Assembly (NCBI RefSeq): GCF_018977255.1
Contig: NW_024704743.1
Location: forward strand, 15,254,001 to 15,318,000
Origin: Callorhinchus milii
Lineage: Eukaryota
Direction: 5' to 3'
DNA length: 64,000 bases
The notes beneath the pieces are model-generated. The model was not told the DNA's origin and searched no databases. It saw only the letters and a program-made list of their open reading frames with translations. Positions 50,515-63,950 of the stretch are shown here, in pieces. A program made the position numbers and the translations under genes. The first letter of the stretch is position 1. Each line of letters starts with the position of its first letter.

Positions 50515-50930
50515 TTTGGCTCAGTTGGTACCATTCTTCCCTCTGAGTCAAAAGGTTGTGGGTTCAAACCCCATGTCAAGACTTAGAACCCATATAGTCT
50601 ATGTTGCATTGCTGTGCTATATTGTTGGAGGTGCAATCCTTCTGATGGGCTGTTAAATGGGGTTCGTTCTTCCTGTCTGGGTAGATGCTAAAGATCTCAT
50701 GGCATTATTTGAAAGGAGAAAGGAGTTTATCCCTGTGTCCTGGCCAACAGTCCTCCAAATAAAATGGATTATTCTCTTCATCCTCCTGGAAAGCTGAGGA
50801 GAGGAGCTGTTTGTGGGACATTGCTGTGCACAAATAGACTGCTACATGTGCCCACAAAATACACATAGTCCCACCGTTTTACAGCATCTTAATGATGTGA
50901 TAAGGTGATAATCAAGTAAAATGATTATTA
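50515..50930 (+). mobile_element. DeuSINE-type (SacSINE1/AmnSINE1-like) SINE
   Basis: tRNA-like head tggctcagttgg...gggttcaaaccc, then Deu-domain-like ggaggtgc...ctgatg...taaagatctcatggcattatttgaa...tgtcctggccaa; family recognised from memory, not by search. Confidence 0.65.
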
Positions 50931-51061
50931 TTCTATAATGATGTTGACCTACTTTATTTTACATTTAAATATTAGTCTTTTCCTGTTACACATTGTATTG
51001 ATAGCCATCTTTTTCTTGGAGTGGGTAGATTGTATTGATATTCTTATTCCTGATTTTGCAG

Positions 51062-51213
51062 TGATGTCTTAGCCCTACCCATTTTCAAGCAAGAAGACTC
51101 GAGCCTTCCATCAGAGAATGAGACAAAACATCCACCATATCAGTATGTGCTCTGTACAGCCACATCTCCTGCAGTGAAACTGCACGATGAAACCCTCACA
51201 TACTTGAACCAAG
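51062..51213 (+). CDS. UBP1: UBP1 coding exon 2
   Basis: ttttgcag|T and G|gtatgt; [50 protein letters not shown]. Confidence 0.96.
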
Positions 51214-51609
51214 GTATGTTTAAATGTATTCAGTTATGAATCCAGTTTGGCTTATCTGCGTGCTTGTACATGTATAGGGAAAGAGATGAATTTTTATTTT
51301 CTTTATTACCTTATAACGGTTTGAATTAACTCTTGTCAAGAATGTGAGCAAAATAGCAGCCGAGACAGACTCAGTCCTCCAAATAAAATCAGTTACTCTC
51401 TCCATCCTGCTGGAAAGCTGAGTAGGAGAGGAGCTGTTTTTATGGGAGTCCGAGTCTAATCTGCGACTGTTTTCAATTTGAAATTATCACTTGCTTTCAA
51501 AAGGTACATTCTAATGCCAAACGAGCAAAGGCAGTTCATGGATGAGGAAGACCTTGTAATGCGGTGGGAGATTTGGGATGCATCTTGTTACGTTCAGTGA
51601 GAATTATGT

Positions 51610-52210
51610 GCGCAACTTAGGCATCAGGTTCATTTCCCAGCTGTTCTTTCCATCCCACATCTGGTCCCTGACCAGGACTGTTTTCCTCCATTTCTGCCAC
51701 ATTGCCTACGTCTGACCACACCGCAAGCCCAAAACTGAAAGCCTCATCCACGCATTCGTCACTTCCCACCACGATTTTTCAAATACCCTCATTGCTGGTC
51801 TCCCCAGCTCCACCGCCCCCAAAATCCAAACAATCCAAAACTCCACCACCTTTATTCTTGCCCATACCAGGCTCCACACCCCATCATCCCAGTCTTTGCG
51901 AGGCTCCACTGGCTATCCATGGCAGAACAGATCGATTTCAAGATCCTCACACTTGTGTACAAATTAGTTCTTTTACAGTCCCTCATCCCCTCCGATTCAC
52001 CATTGGTGGCCCTGCTTTCAGTCAATAAGCTCTGAAAGTCTGGAAATCTGCCTCAGTTCCTCCAGTTTTCCCCCTTCCTTGCCCGTCTTCACATCGCACC
52101 TGAAGATGTTCCTCTTTGACCTGCGGTAATCTCTCCCCACCTCGCTTTCAAGCTCCGTGACTGTTGAGCATTGTGAGACACTACCCACATAAGTGAAAGC
52201 TGTTGTTGTG
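51610..52210 (+). mobile_element. Degraded L2 3' fragment; another L2 tail (-) at 52355-52510
   Basis: aggctccactggct...gaacagatcgatttcaagatcctcacact. Confidence 0.8.
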
Positions 52211-53034
52211 GTGATCCTTTATCCTGTTGGAAGCTGAATAGGAAAAGATGTGGAGTCTTGAAGGATTTGTAAATATGAGTTCTGCCTGGAAGGAATGAAG
52301 TTGTTAAAAAGTGATCTGTGTCAGCGACAGTCTTGTCGATCACCAGATAATACAACAATAATTTGGGCTTATATAGCGAACTCCACCCAGGGTAGTGTCT
52401 CAGAGCGCTTAACAGTGGCGGAGCCTGACTTTGAGCCGGGGTGGGGGGAGGTGACCATAAGTACGGTTGAAAAGGAAGGTTTTCAGGTGGGACTTGAAAA
52501 GGGGGAGGGAAGGCTTCCTAGTTTCCTGATAGTCTGCTTTGGGGATGTGAAGGGAATGATGTGCTGTCAGAAAAGTGCTATTGCTTACCTCCTTGCCTCA
52601 GGATAGTTGTGAAAGTTGAGTCTTGCTTTCAGGCAGTGAGCTTCATCTATAGAGAGCCTTGGGAGATCCTCCAGACATGAAAGGCACTATAATTTGTTTA
52701 TATTGTTGTTCATCTTAGAAGTTTGGAAGTCTTGAACCCCTCCCTTTTTTAAAAACAAACAAACTGGGAGTTGCATTCTCTCTGTGAAAGAATCTGAAAG
52801 TATGCTTGTTCAGGTCCTCAAATGATAAGATGGGATGTTTCAATGCTTCATCTGTAAAGGGGGAAGGGCAAATGAAGGTTAGCTAACAGAGCCAATGCTC
52901 TTAAGTTTTGTGAGCTGCTTCGCACCTTTACAGATTATATTGAAAAGTACTGGTAATAATAATCTTTGCATTTGATAATCTGTCTTTCACGACAGGAGGC
53001 CATCTCAAAATGCTTCACAGGATGAAATAATAAT

Positions 53035-53390
53035 AGTAATAATAATAATTCTTACATTTGGTATTGCGGCTTTCATGTCAGGTGGACATCTTGCAGCACT
53101 TTATATGATATACTTTAAAGCGCATTGACTGTGTACTTTTTTGTGGGCAAACGAGGCAGCTAATGTATGCACAGCAGTGTCCCTAATTGTTTTTCCAATA
53201 GCATGGGATCTTTAACGTCCACCTGAACAGGCAGATGGGGCCTTGGTTCAGCTTCTCATCCAAAGGATGACACCTCCAACAATGCATTGGAGTTGTCATC
53301 TTAGACTGTATGAGTTCCAAGACCCGATGTGGGGCTCGAACCCACAACCTTCTGACTCAGAGATGAGAGTGCTACTGACTGAGCCAGCCT
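53035..53390 (-). mobile_element. DeuSINE-type SINE (minus strand)
   Basis: Reverse complement similar to 50515-50930. Confidence 0.65.
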
Positions 53391-55249
53391 GACACACAAA
53401 AAATATGCTGTAAAGTGTTGTGACTGCACTTTATAAGTCAATGCCTACGCTGCTAACAGTAATTGTCGTGAAAGACAGAATATCAAATGCAAAGATTATT
53501 ATTACCAGTACTTTTCATGGAGCCATTTCAGTTCCAAAAACAATTGCTATGATTAATTTGTTTACTAATTAATTCAGTCTGTCTTGGGTTCTGTGCAATC
53601 CTCACAGCTTTGAAATTTACCATTAATTGCTGTCCAGAAAGATATGCTGCTGTTGCTGCTCAAGTTCAGTATCAGAGGCTGTAAGTGTATAGGCAGAATT
53701 AAGTTACTGAATTTAATAGCGTTGGCTTAGTTGGTGGGAAGAAAGTAGTTTTGGTTATAGATGTGACCTGACTGACTCACACCGCAGACTGAAACATTTC
53801 TATAAATAGTTTTTTNCACGTACTTGTATACAAAGATGCAAAAGATAGTGCAGTTTCCCTATTTTGTTCTTTAGTTTTATTAAGTCTTTAAATTGTTCAC
53901 CTTTATAATGTATGTTCATTTTTAATAGCAGAGAGCCGACTGTTTAAACCAGTGCTAAAGGTAGGTTTTTAAGAGGGTTTTGAAAGCAGACGGTGGGTTT
54001 TAAGCAGAGGGATTCAGGAAGCGTAGTTGTTAAAAGCTCAGTGATTGGACAAGTAGACCAGAGTTATGCAGTCCTGGCCTGCGTTTGCAGAGCAGAGGGA
54101 ATGGGCAAGAGACTGGGGTTGAAGAAGATTGTAGAGGTAGGGTGGGGCGAGGGAGTGGATGGACTTGAATGCCATAATGAAAATCTTGAAGCTGATTTGC
54201 TGCAGAACAGGAAGACAGTGGCATGAATTAGGGTTTCAGAGTCACAACTTTTCAAACAAATTTTCTTGCAGAAATTCTGGGGATGGTCTGGACAGGGCAG
54301 GGAGTGCAGCTGAGCTCTCGGAATAACAGGTGGTCATTGCACCTGAAAACAGTGGGAGTAAAGTAAACTGTTTACTTTATCATCTGACGCAGTAGGATAA
54401 TGAAGCATTTGTCCACTTTCAATGAATATGAGATTGGGTTAATGTGGTTTGAGTTTTACAGTGTGTATTGGTGAGTTCACAATGTTGAAGCATATTGGTG
54501 TTGCAAGAAAGTGAACTGTTATACTGTTCATAAAATTTGTACTCGCAGATACTTGTTGCTGCCCATCCTTGGAACTCCTGTTGGTGGTGTAAATGAGGCT
54601 GTGCTGGAGGCACTATTTAAAATGAGAGCAGGTGCATACACTAACAAAAAGGGTGGGGTGGGGGGCGTGGAGTTGAGCAGCTGCTGACTTCAAAGAGAAA
54701 CTTTACTGCCAGTTGCAGCTTCAGGTTCTGATGCAGACATTACTACATTAACAGAAAGTGGTTGAACAGCATGTGCTCAGTTATTTGTTGTCTCCAGGTT
54801 AAACATTATGATCTAATTATTTTGCTACACATATGTTTTGGCTGTATGCCAGTCATTAAATGTCTGCTCTACAATTTTCAAACTACCCCCAAATACTTTA
54901 CCATACATTTTATTCTGGAATGTTGAGTTTTCCTGTTCAATTATTACTTTTCCTTGGAGCAGACGCATCTGCCCAACTTCTGTAAGAGTGAAAGCACTTG
55001 ACACAGCTGAGATAGTTAGAACTCAGGTCAGGAAACATTTCTTCACACAGTAATTACTGTGCCCCACAAAGCTGTAAAGATGGAATCAATAGGAATGTTC
55101 AAAGGAGAGATGGAAACACATTGGGTTGTAGAGATATTAAGGGGAATAGTGCCTTGGGACGTCCTCCCGACATGAAAGGCTTTTCACATGTAATTTGTTG
55201 GTTGTTGTGTAGTGAAAGGTGGGCAATAGTATTAAAAGGTCTGCAAGAA

Positions 55250-55532
55250 ACATTAGGGAAGTTTCCTTACTCCACATGCCTCTGTTTACCCGGCAGTGAG
55301 TAAGAACCCGGTTGTAGTCGATTGGTGGATCGCTTATTCGGGGTTGATAATTCCTCCAAAAATTTTCTTTAAAAAATAATAATTTGGTCACTCAATCCAC
55401 GACTGTTTGTGGGACCATGCTGTGCGTAATTGGTTCCCATGTTTAGCCCACAAAATATGCAGTCAATTTGCTGTACAGTAAATTCTGTGAAGTGTTTTGA
55501 GGCGTCATATCAAATGCAAGGATTATTATTAT
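55250..55532 (+). mobile_element. tRNA-SINE body and tail
   Basis: Same family as 31428-31731. Confidence 0.8.
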
Positions 55533-56129
55533 TAAGATTGATAAATTGGTGTAGCAGGCTTGATTATATCAATGTGATCCTCCTGTTCTATGTCTTCAAA
55601 ATGTAATAGAAGAGCAGAGATACTCAGCACTGAGCATTGTAACCTATAGTAAGAAAATAGAACTTGTCTTTTTATAGAGCTTATAAGGCTGAACATTTTT
55701 CTTTGGAAAGGCGGGTGTCTGACACACGGGGGAAACCATACCATGCTTAAAAGTATCCAAACCAAACTGAGTTTCATGCATCCCACACGGAAATTCCAGA
55801 AATATTTGTTGGAATAGAATGCACACTCTCTCCCTGAAGGGATGCATCCTGTTTACCTAACTTCAGAAAGTATTACGTGCAGGTTGGCAAGAACCAAGGC
55901 TTTGGGACCCTAGAATGTGCGCAGGCGCTTCCTGTGTTTGTCACAAATCCACCTCACTACTTGATCCTGGACTTTGTAAATAGACCGTTGGAAGCGTATC
56001 TGCTGTATCCCCAGGAGCTCTGATCCACAAAGGGAGACTGTTTGCACACAGGTTTTATATGCTGCGTCTGGGATCTTGCTGTCCCTGGAGAACGCATCAT
56101 TGATGCATCAATCCAAGATGAAATGCTAG

Positions 56130-56475
56130 ACTAAAAAGAGACCAAGGTCCATCTAGTTCACCTTCCTGGCCGTCGCATGCACATATGTCCCTATATACTA
56201 TATCCCATAATGTTATTTTCTAAAAGAAAATTTATCTAATCTGTGTTTGAAAGAATCAACATTTCCTGCTTCAACCGTCTCCCTAGGAAGCCTATTCCAC
56301 AGGTTCACTATTCGCTCACTGAAATAGTGTTTGGCTAGATTCGCTCTGAACCCCTTCAATCGCAGGGCATGTCCTCTGGTTCTACTATTCTGGACCAGTT
56401 TTAAACAGTCTGTCATGATCTATATTGTCTCGCCTCTTTAGAATCTTAAAGACAGCAATCATGTCGCCTCTCAAT
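56130..56475 (-). mobile_element. CR1 3' fragment
   Basis: TRGHALRLKG...KHYFSERIVNLWNRLP...SFKHRLDKF. Confidence 0.85.
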
Positions 56476-57054
56476 ATAAGAACATATGTATTCCCACGGC
56501 TTCCAGTTTCACCATGAGGCAGTAGGTCGGAAGTCTTGTGGAAATCGATCAACATAAGTGGGTCTACTTAGCCTTATAATCCTCTGCGATCTCGTACAAA
56601 ACATCTCAAAAGCATTTTGCAGTAATTTCGAGTATAGTGACTATTTTGTACATAAACTTTGTAGCCAACTAACTGACAAATGATCAATTTATCTGGATGG
56701 TGTTCACCAGGACACCAGAAGAAACTCTTCTCTTGGGATTTAGTACCTTGAGATCTTTAGCATTTGTCTGAACTCAGGCAGATAAACTTCAGTTAAATGT
56801 TTAATATGGAGGACGGCATTTCCAACTCTTCCCTCCCCTGCAGTTTGAACTGAGCAATTACAAAGATTTAGTACTTGACTACATTCTTAACAATGCTGTG
56901 TTTGAATAACATAGTTATCAGGGATATGAATATGGGGCGCACTGCTGTTTTGCAATACATCCATTAAGATGTATGTTGTTTTGTAAACACATATTTGAAC
57001 TAAAATCACACTGATTCTCAATTGGGCTTTTGTGTGACTTCTTAATTTCAACAG

Positions 57055-57131
57055 GTCAATCTTACGAAGTCCGAATGTTGGATAACCAAAAAATGGAAGA
57101 TTTACCAGAGTTAAATGAGAAGATGGTTAAG
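57055..57131 (+). CDS. UBP1: UBP1 coding exon 3
   Basis: caacag|GT and AAG|gtgagt; [26 protein letters not shown]. Confidence 0.95.
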
Positions 57132-58233
57132 GTGAGTAACTTTTTTGTTAAATGGCAGATGGTGGTTTTGTAAGCGTCGTTGAGAACTGCTGGATGGTGA
57201 ACCCTAATTTTATTTGAATGCAGTGAGAATCCTCTGTTTGAGGCAATCTGTAATGCCCATCAACACTGAAATAAGCAATTTGCCAGCTTCAAACAATATT
57301 CTTTGCTACATAAATTTTCCATACTCATAGTAAACTCTTATGCAGCTAGGCAACTAAATTCACATTTTACAGCGCTCTATTTTTCAAAGTTATAGATTTT
57401 TGTCATGAAATGAACAGATGGAAATACTTAGCTGCCAGCCAAAAAGTCTAGTGTTTTTTTTTAAGTCCCACACCTATTGGGTATGATTCGCCCATTATTT
57501 ATCAGGGCTGCCAGATAGAATGCCACTAAGTTGGGGGAAGTGATTTAACTAATAATTATGTGTAGGATGGTTGAATGGCAAAAATGCTGCCTAATAATAA
57601 TAATTCTTAAATTTGATATAAGCCTCTCACGTCAGGGAATGTCTCAAAGTGCTTCACAGGATTATTGTAAAGTATAGCGACTATTTAGTAGGAAAACAAT
57701 ATTTAACCATAATGTAAGAGCAGTAAAATAAAGACAAAATTGACTGATATTAAACTGTTTCGTGCTTTCAAAAGAAAATGCTCATCACTTACAGAAGATT
57801 CACAGTAGAACTGGTGAAACCAGAATTTTTTTTAAGGAAAAAAAAGCACGAAACACATGCAGCCAGGTGTTAGTATCTGGAAAATGTTGAGCCCTATTCC
57901 ATCAGTATGTCTCAGGTGCCTGAATTGACTTGGTTTTGAGGCTTAGGTTCTTGTATTACCTTGTGTGGCAACACTGAACAGTAACATCTACTGGCAAAAA
58001 CAAGCTTTAAAAAATACATTCTGTGTTTGTGTAGAGAGGGACCATAAAGAAATAAAAACTGGAATGTTAATTAACTTGTTCTTCTTGTCACAGGGAAAAC
58101 ATGTTATGCCTGAAAACCTAAATCATTCAGGCTATAGGAACACATCTACCTTTGTACATTGTCCAGTGGCGTAGAAAAATGAGATTGCTACAAATCACTG
58201 ATTTTTGTGTTTATTATTGTAACCTTTGACTAG

Positions 58234-58339
58234 AGTATTGTGCGGGTTGTGTTCCATGACCGAAGGCTACAGTACACAGAGCACCAGCAGCTGGAAGGGT
58301 GGAAGTGGAATAGGCCTGGTGATCGACTTCTTGATTTGG
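58234..58339 (+). CDS. UBP1: UBP1 coding exon 4 (CP2 DNA-binding domain)
   Basis: gactag|AGT and G|gtaatt; [35 protein letters not shown]. Confidence 0.96.
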
Positions 58340-58666
58340 GTAATTTTTGTTTTCTGTTCTTTGTGCCTGTCCCTCTTTATTTTCCTTCTGCGGTACATTG
58401 TTTAGAAGCTATTCTATCAAGTTAAAATTAGATTCAAATGCCCTGCAGTGAGTTTTGTCCTCAGTCATGTTAGAGTTGGGGTTGATTTGTTCTGATTATC
58501 ACAGTTAATGATTATCCAAATAATTTGGGAGTTAATGCTGGCTTTAAATATTGCAATCTATTATATGTAATGTTTGTTTCTATCGTTTGTAGTGTATTAG
58601 GTATTGTAACCTTTCCTGCTTGCCCTTTAGTGATCTAATATTTTTTGTATAAAAAACACTTCACAG

Positions 58667-58773
58667 ATATTCCAATGTCTGTTGGAATTATTGACCCCAA
58701 GACAAATCCTGCACAGCTGAATTCAATTGAATTCTTATGGGATCCGACAAAACGTTCATCTGCTTTTATTCAG
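58667..58773 (+). CDS. UBP1: UBP1 coding exon 5
   Basis: tcacag|AT and CAG|gttcgt; [36 protein letters not shown]. Confidence 0.96.
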
Positions 58774-59643
58774 GTTCGTTCGAACATTTCTATTCTTATA
58801 GAAAAAGTAGTTAGATAGAATATCTGAGAGGATCCCATACTAGTTTGTACTATCCTAATATCTGGTTGTATAAAATATTCTGTTTTGTTCATGGAATTGT
58901 TTCATTCTTGAGTGAATGTAATGAAAACCACCAGTAAAATGGGCAGGCAGAGCAGATTAAATGGTTATTTGATGGAAGTGCAAAATCTACATGCTCTAAC
59001 ATGAGTGTAACAGTTAACTTTCTCCTTGAGCTCTCATTGCATGGATCACAGTTGTGGAGGGTGCTGGCAGTATGTGCATCTTTATGTCTGTCAGTTCTGT
59101 TCTTAAGACTGGCACAATGATTGATATAGGGGAGAGTCCTTAGGTAACTTCTTTCGATAAAGTAGTCTCTGATCCTCACAGTTGTACAATTGAGATTAGT
59201 GTAACAAAACAGCATCCTGCTGTTCACCTCAGGATAAATTACTACTTTATACATTTGCTTAATGCAGCAGTCAAAACTCTGATTAAAAACTGAGGAACAA
59301 CAACTTGTACTTTTGTAGCGCATTCCCTGTAAAAAGTTTAAAAATATTTGATTGTAGTTTCCTGACATGAAAGGTGCTATACAAATGTAATTTGTTATTG
59401 TTGTTGTAGTTCTGGGAAAGTGTTTTGTGCATTTTAAATGTTCTTCCATTCATTCATTGGAACAGTCCAAATTGCCAGTGATGTCTGAAAGGCGTAAAAA
59501 CTGCTGAATCTGAAATGAACCATTTGTTGCTTTCAACATATCATGTTGTACCATATGCTGGAAATGCAACATGTTCTGCCAGTGGTTTGTGGCATTGTTG
59601 ATTTTTAATTTCTAATGTGATAATAAACAACATTTTCTTACAG

Positions 59644-59796
59644 GTACATTGTATTAGCACAGAGTTTACTCCCAGAAAGCATGGGGGTGAAAAGGGGGTT
59701 CCATTCAGGATCCAGATTGACACATTTAAACCGAATGAGGCTGGAGAATACACAGAACATCTTCACTCAGCCAGCTGCCAAATCAAAGTTTTTAAG
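59644..59796 (+). CDS. UBP1: UBP1 coding exon 6
   Basis: ttacag|GTA and AAG|gtatta; [51 protein letters not shown]. Confidence 0.97.
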
Positions 59797-60004
59797 GTAT
59801 TATTGTTTACACTTTTAAATTGTGGTGGTACTTGCACATAGTTTGTGAAAACCAAGTATTTATGCATCGTGTTTGTAATCTTTTGACAACTATACAGTAG
59901 ACCCTTTTTTAAATCCATGAGTCTTCACACCACTGTAAAAAGCTTTGAAATGCTTAAGCTTTTCATGTACTTCTCTCATTGACATTATTTTTATTACTGA
60001 GGAA

Positions 60005-60680
60005 TATAACAACTTGCATTTATATAGCGCCCTCCACGCCGGGCGGCATCTCAGAGCGCTTAACAATGGCAAAGGCCGAGTGGGGAAGGGGAAGGTGACA
60101 GTAGGCGCGGTCTAAGAGGAAGGTCTTCAGTCACGACCTGCAGATGGGGAAGGAAGGACGAGGCAAAGTGGTTGAGGGAGGGTGTTCCAAAGTTTTGGGT
60201 ATAGTGACTGAAGGCACGACCATCGATGGTGGAGCGGAGGATTCAGGGGACACGGAGTAGGCTGGAACCAATAGAGCAGAGGCAGCGGGTACTGCTGTGA
60301 GGAGAGAGGAGGTTAGAGAGCTGGGGGGGTGCCAAGGAATGGAGGGATTTAAACACTAGTGAGGATCTTGAAGTCGATCTGCTCTGTGACAGGGAGCCAG
60401 TGTAGTTTGGCAAGGACTGGAATAATCGGGGTAGGACGTTTGGTGCGGGTGAGAATGAGGGCAGTAGAGTTTTGAAAGAGCTGAATTTTGTGAATAGTGG
60501 AGGAGGGGAGTCCGGTGAGGAGGGCGTTAGAGTAGTCCAGCTGAGAGGTGACAAAGGCGTGGAAGCGAGAATAGAAGCCATTTGCAGAAATGTAATGCTG
60601 GCGGTTTGTGAGGTAGGACTTGAACCAAGCAAATGCGGACCGACTGAGATAGATGGTGGAGGACAACTCCATGCACTTGC
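60005..60680 (-). mobile_element. L2 fragment with an internal deletion
   Basis: WFKSYLTNR joined to [12 protein letters not shown]...LAKLHWLP. Confidence 0.88.
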
Positions 60681-62171
60681 TTCCAAAACACATTTTTTGT
60701 TCCTTCTTTTCAAACTGATCACAGGAATACGTTTCATATGTTTACTTCTTTGCATGTCTTTTGTGATTATCCATATTGTTTTAGAAAATAATTTGCGTAC
60801 AACAACAACTTGCATTTAAATAACAATCTCATAGGATAGTGTTTCAAAGAGCAAGGGTTGAGGAGTTGGCCAAAGGCATGTCTGAAGAGGTAGATTTTAC
60901 AGCTTGACTTGAGACCCAAGAAAAGGGATGGGAGAGGAAGGGAACTGCAGAGATCACTTGGGCAACTTTCTGAAGCTAATACTTTCGTCAGTATTCCGTG
61001 AATTAATTTGATGTCTATGATAGTGAAAAAGCAGTATTGATAGATTTTTCCTCATTCATCCAGGTCTGTGTGGACTTGCACCATGTGTACTTTTGGCTCA
61101 GTATCTGGCTCATATATCTATGCACAGGTCCAATAGAGGAGCAGTTGAGAAAATATTAATAAATTACAGAAGGCAAAAAAGTAAACAAGTTTTAAATAGG
61201 AAAACGGTCAAGCTTTTAAAAGCTAGTAATAGAAAGTAAGCAACATGCATAATTCTCTCCAAATGGGCTATATTCAAACGCTCTGAGATGCTACACTGCG
61301 TGGAGGGCGCTATATAAGTGCAAGTTGTTGTATATTCCATCATCTTGGAGGAGCATAAAAGCACATCAACCTGGCACCAGAGCCTGGAGTGTAGTGCATT
61401 GACATCCAGGCGAAAAGAGTGGATCGTTTGGACACATCATTTGGAATCCAAATGAGTTTCTGTCAAATCTCTACAATCTGCAATGCATTCATTCAGTCAT
61501 AATGCGTGTGATCCCCTAATCACGATACAATATTGTGTTTCATGTTGGGGCGCGCCTCAAAGCGACAATACGTGTTGGGCTCTCAAACTGGGGTGTGGGA
61601 ACTGAAGAGGGTGTGGATGGGAAAGATGACCAAATATTCCTAGGCCTGTGGATATTTTAGTAAAATGTGTAAGAGGGCACCAGCCTCGCCACCCCATCTT
61701 GTGTGAAACCTTACAATAATAATCCTTTCTTTGGTATAGCACCTTAACATATTATCAAAATGCTTCACAGGATTTTACTGTAAGGCGTAGTAACTGTATA
61801 TTTCCAGACGTATGAGGCTGCCAGTGTGGACACAGCAACGATTAAGGAGATCATAGGCAATATGGTTGAATCGATCCATTGTAGTTTGCTGAAGCTTTTG
61901 TCATATGGTCAAGAGATGAATGACCAATTTTTTTTGTCTGAGGGATTTTTACACAGAACACTGGGAGAAATTCCCTTTTGATTGCTGTCAACGGTCTGTA
62001 AGATGATTGCTTTTTCCAAACACACACACATACATATTTTGAAAGGGAACTGAGCTCAGTAGTTTTTTTAAAATGGAGAATTTTCCTCATGAAAGGAATG
62101 TAATTGTAATGAGATAGTCCTGACTTGATGACTGTTAGTTTTAGATGCTATTTATTTTCCTTATTTTCTAG

Positions 62172-62282
62172 CCAAAAGGAGCAGATAGAAAACAGAAAAC
62201 TGATAGAGAAAAAATAGAGAAACGAACACCTCAAGAAAAAGAAAAGTATCAACCTTCATATGAAACGACAATCCTGACTGAG
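62172..62282 (+). CDS. UBP1: UBP1 coding exon 7 (gene continues beyond the window)
   Basis: ttctag|CCA and GAG|gtaaaa; [37 protein letters not shown]. Confidence 0.96.
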
Positions 62283-63709
62283 GTAAAATACAAGATCGGC
62301 AGTTAAGGAAGAGCAATCAGAATGAAGCAGGTGCCGTTTTTCTGAAGGGAATCCTAATAACACAGTAAAACTAGAGTACTATAATCCCAATAATTCTCTA
62401 ATATAATTTGTATCTAATCTGCACCTATTGCCTTTAGTACTTGTATATAAAGATTGCAGTGGTCTTATCGTGCTGTTAATTTTCTGTCTTTTATCCTCTT
62501 TCATTTTGTATTTCTATTCTAGTTCTGTAGATTGTCTTTCCTTTTTTCTCTCCACCCTCTCTCTCTCTTCCCAAAAAATAATGCAATAATTTGTGGATGA
62601 ATAGGGAGGTAAACATTCAAGTATGGAACACTGAAAGGGCTTTTGGCACACAAAGCCCATTTCCACAGGCCTTGTATGATTTACATTAATCGTTGACTCC
62701 AGCGTTTATTTAAAATTTTGAAGGATATTTTTGAGTAATTTCCTGATCTTCAAAGGTAATCGAATAGACTAGCCATCCGTCTTGCTGCTGCTTCTGACTA
62801 ATTTTCACTGACCACTCTATCTTTTCACAAAATACAATTCTGTGGTGTTTCATGGAGGAGTTTGATTATCTCTCTCTTCCCGTATCCTTATAACTTTCAA
62901 TTCTGTTCCTCAAATTGAAGTATAGCCACCATTTTATTTATGAAGATGGTGATGTTATTTCCTGGGAGTCTCAGATTGCCACCCTGTGAAATTTCTTATC
63001 TCTTCTCCAGCTTGAAGGGCTTTATTTCGGACATATGTCCTCCAGTTCTATGCTCCTTGTCTGTGTTAAATAGTCTTCTTCCATCTACCCTGCGTATGGT
63101 TGAAGCATTTTATAAAGCATAATAATATTCTTTCTCAGTCATTAATTTTGTGAATGTTTCTTCATAAGTCAAGAGCTTTAGATTGGTGGCATTATTATTG
63201 ACATTCAGTCCTAACATCAATTTGTCATTAACTTTTGTACATAGGATCTACATCATTGGATCCATTATTTCAAATGTTATCATTGAGTTAATCAACTTGG
63301 GCAGATTTACTTAAAAAAGGCCTTGTTGGTCAGTTTTATATTGATAGGAAACATGGTTAAATGGTCAATAACAGAATTAAATTATTTTCTAATATTGCTT
63401 ATTGGACATTGTGCTTTATGTACCAATGTCCATTATCTTACATTCACTGTATCCACACTAAAGACCATTTCTTACACCAATCTGGCCTCTTATTTTTAAA
63501 ATATCATAAGTACATTTTTGTCTTATAACTCAATTTTAACATGTTGGTCTTCCCTGGCATGCTATGGTGGTGCATTGTGCTTCTAAAAAGAAAATCTTGG
63601 AACAAATTCCATCATCATCTTTCTCTCGATTTTCTACTTTATTTGTGAAGCCTCCTTCACTTCAAGTGTGTCATTTAGTTCTTCCAAAATCTAGTGAGTC
63701 CATACTGAC

Positions 63710-63950
63710 TTGAAGGTTACAGGTTTGAATGCACTGTTATCTGATCTCAGACAAGGCAACAGTTGAGACCCTACAATTGACCTCAGCAAGCCTGAGTTAG
63801 GAAGGGAAAATCAACCAGGTTTTCTGCTTGTATGCTGGTGGGTGTTTGTATGGACATCGGATGAAGTCAGGATGCCCCACAGTTGTACAGCTTGACGAAG
63901 ATCATACACAAATGATAGTCATTTAGGCAAGGTACTAGAGGGTGATCTTG
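63710..63950 (+). mobile_element. Ancient AmnSINE2-like SINE relic; related pieces at ~3135-3300 and ~18380-18470
   Basis: ctgatctcag...ctacaattgacctcag...gggaaaatcaaccagg; the three pieces resemble one another; family name recalled, not searched. Confidence 0.4.

Noticed and set aside
53816..53816. Single N base
   Set aside because: Assembly ambiguity, not biology; it may mark a contig join.
58889..59449. 186-aa minus-strand ORF in UBP1 intron 5
   Set aside because: No recognisable domain, overlaps LINE-type tails, and has no supporting gene structure.
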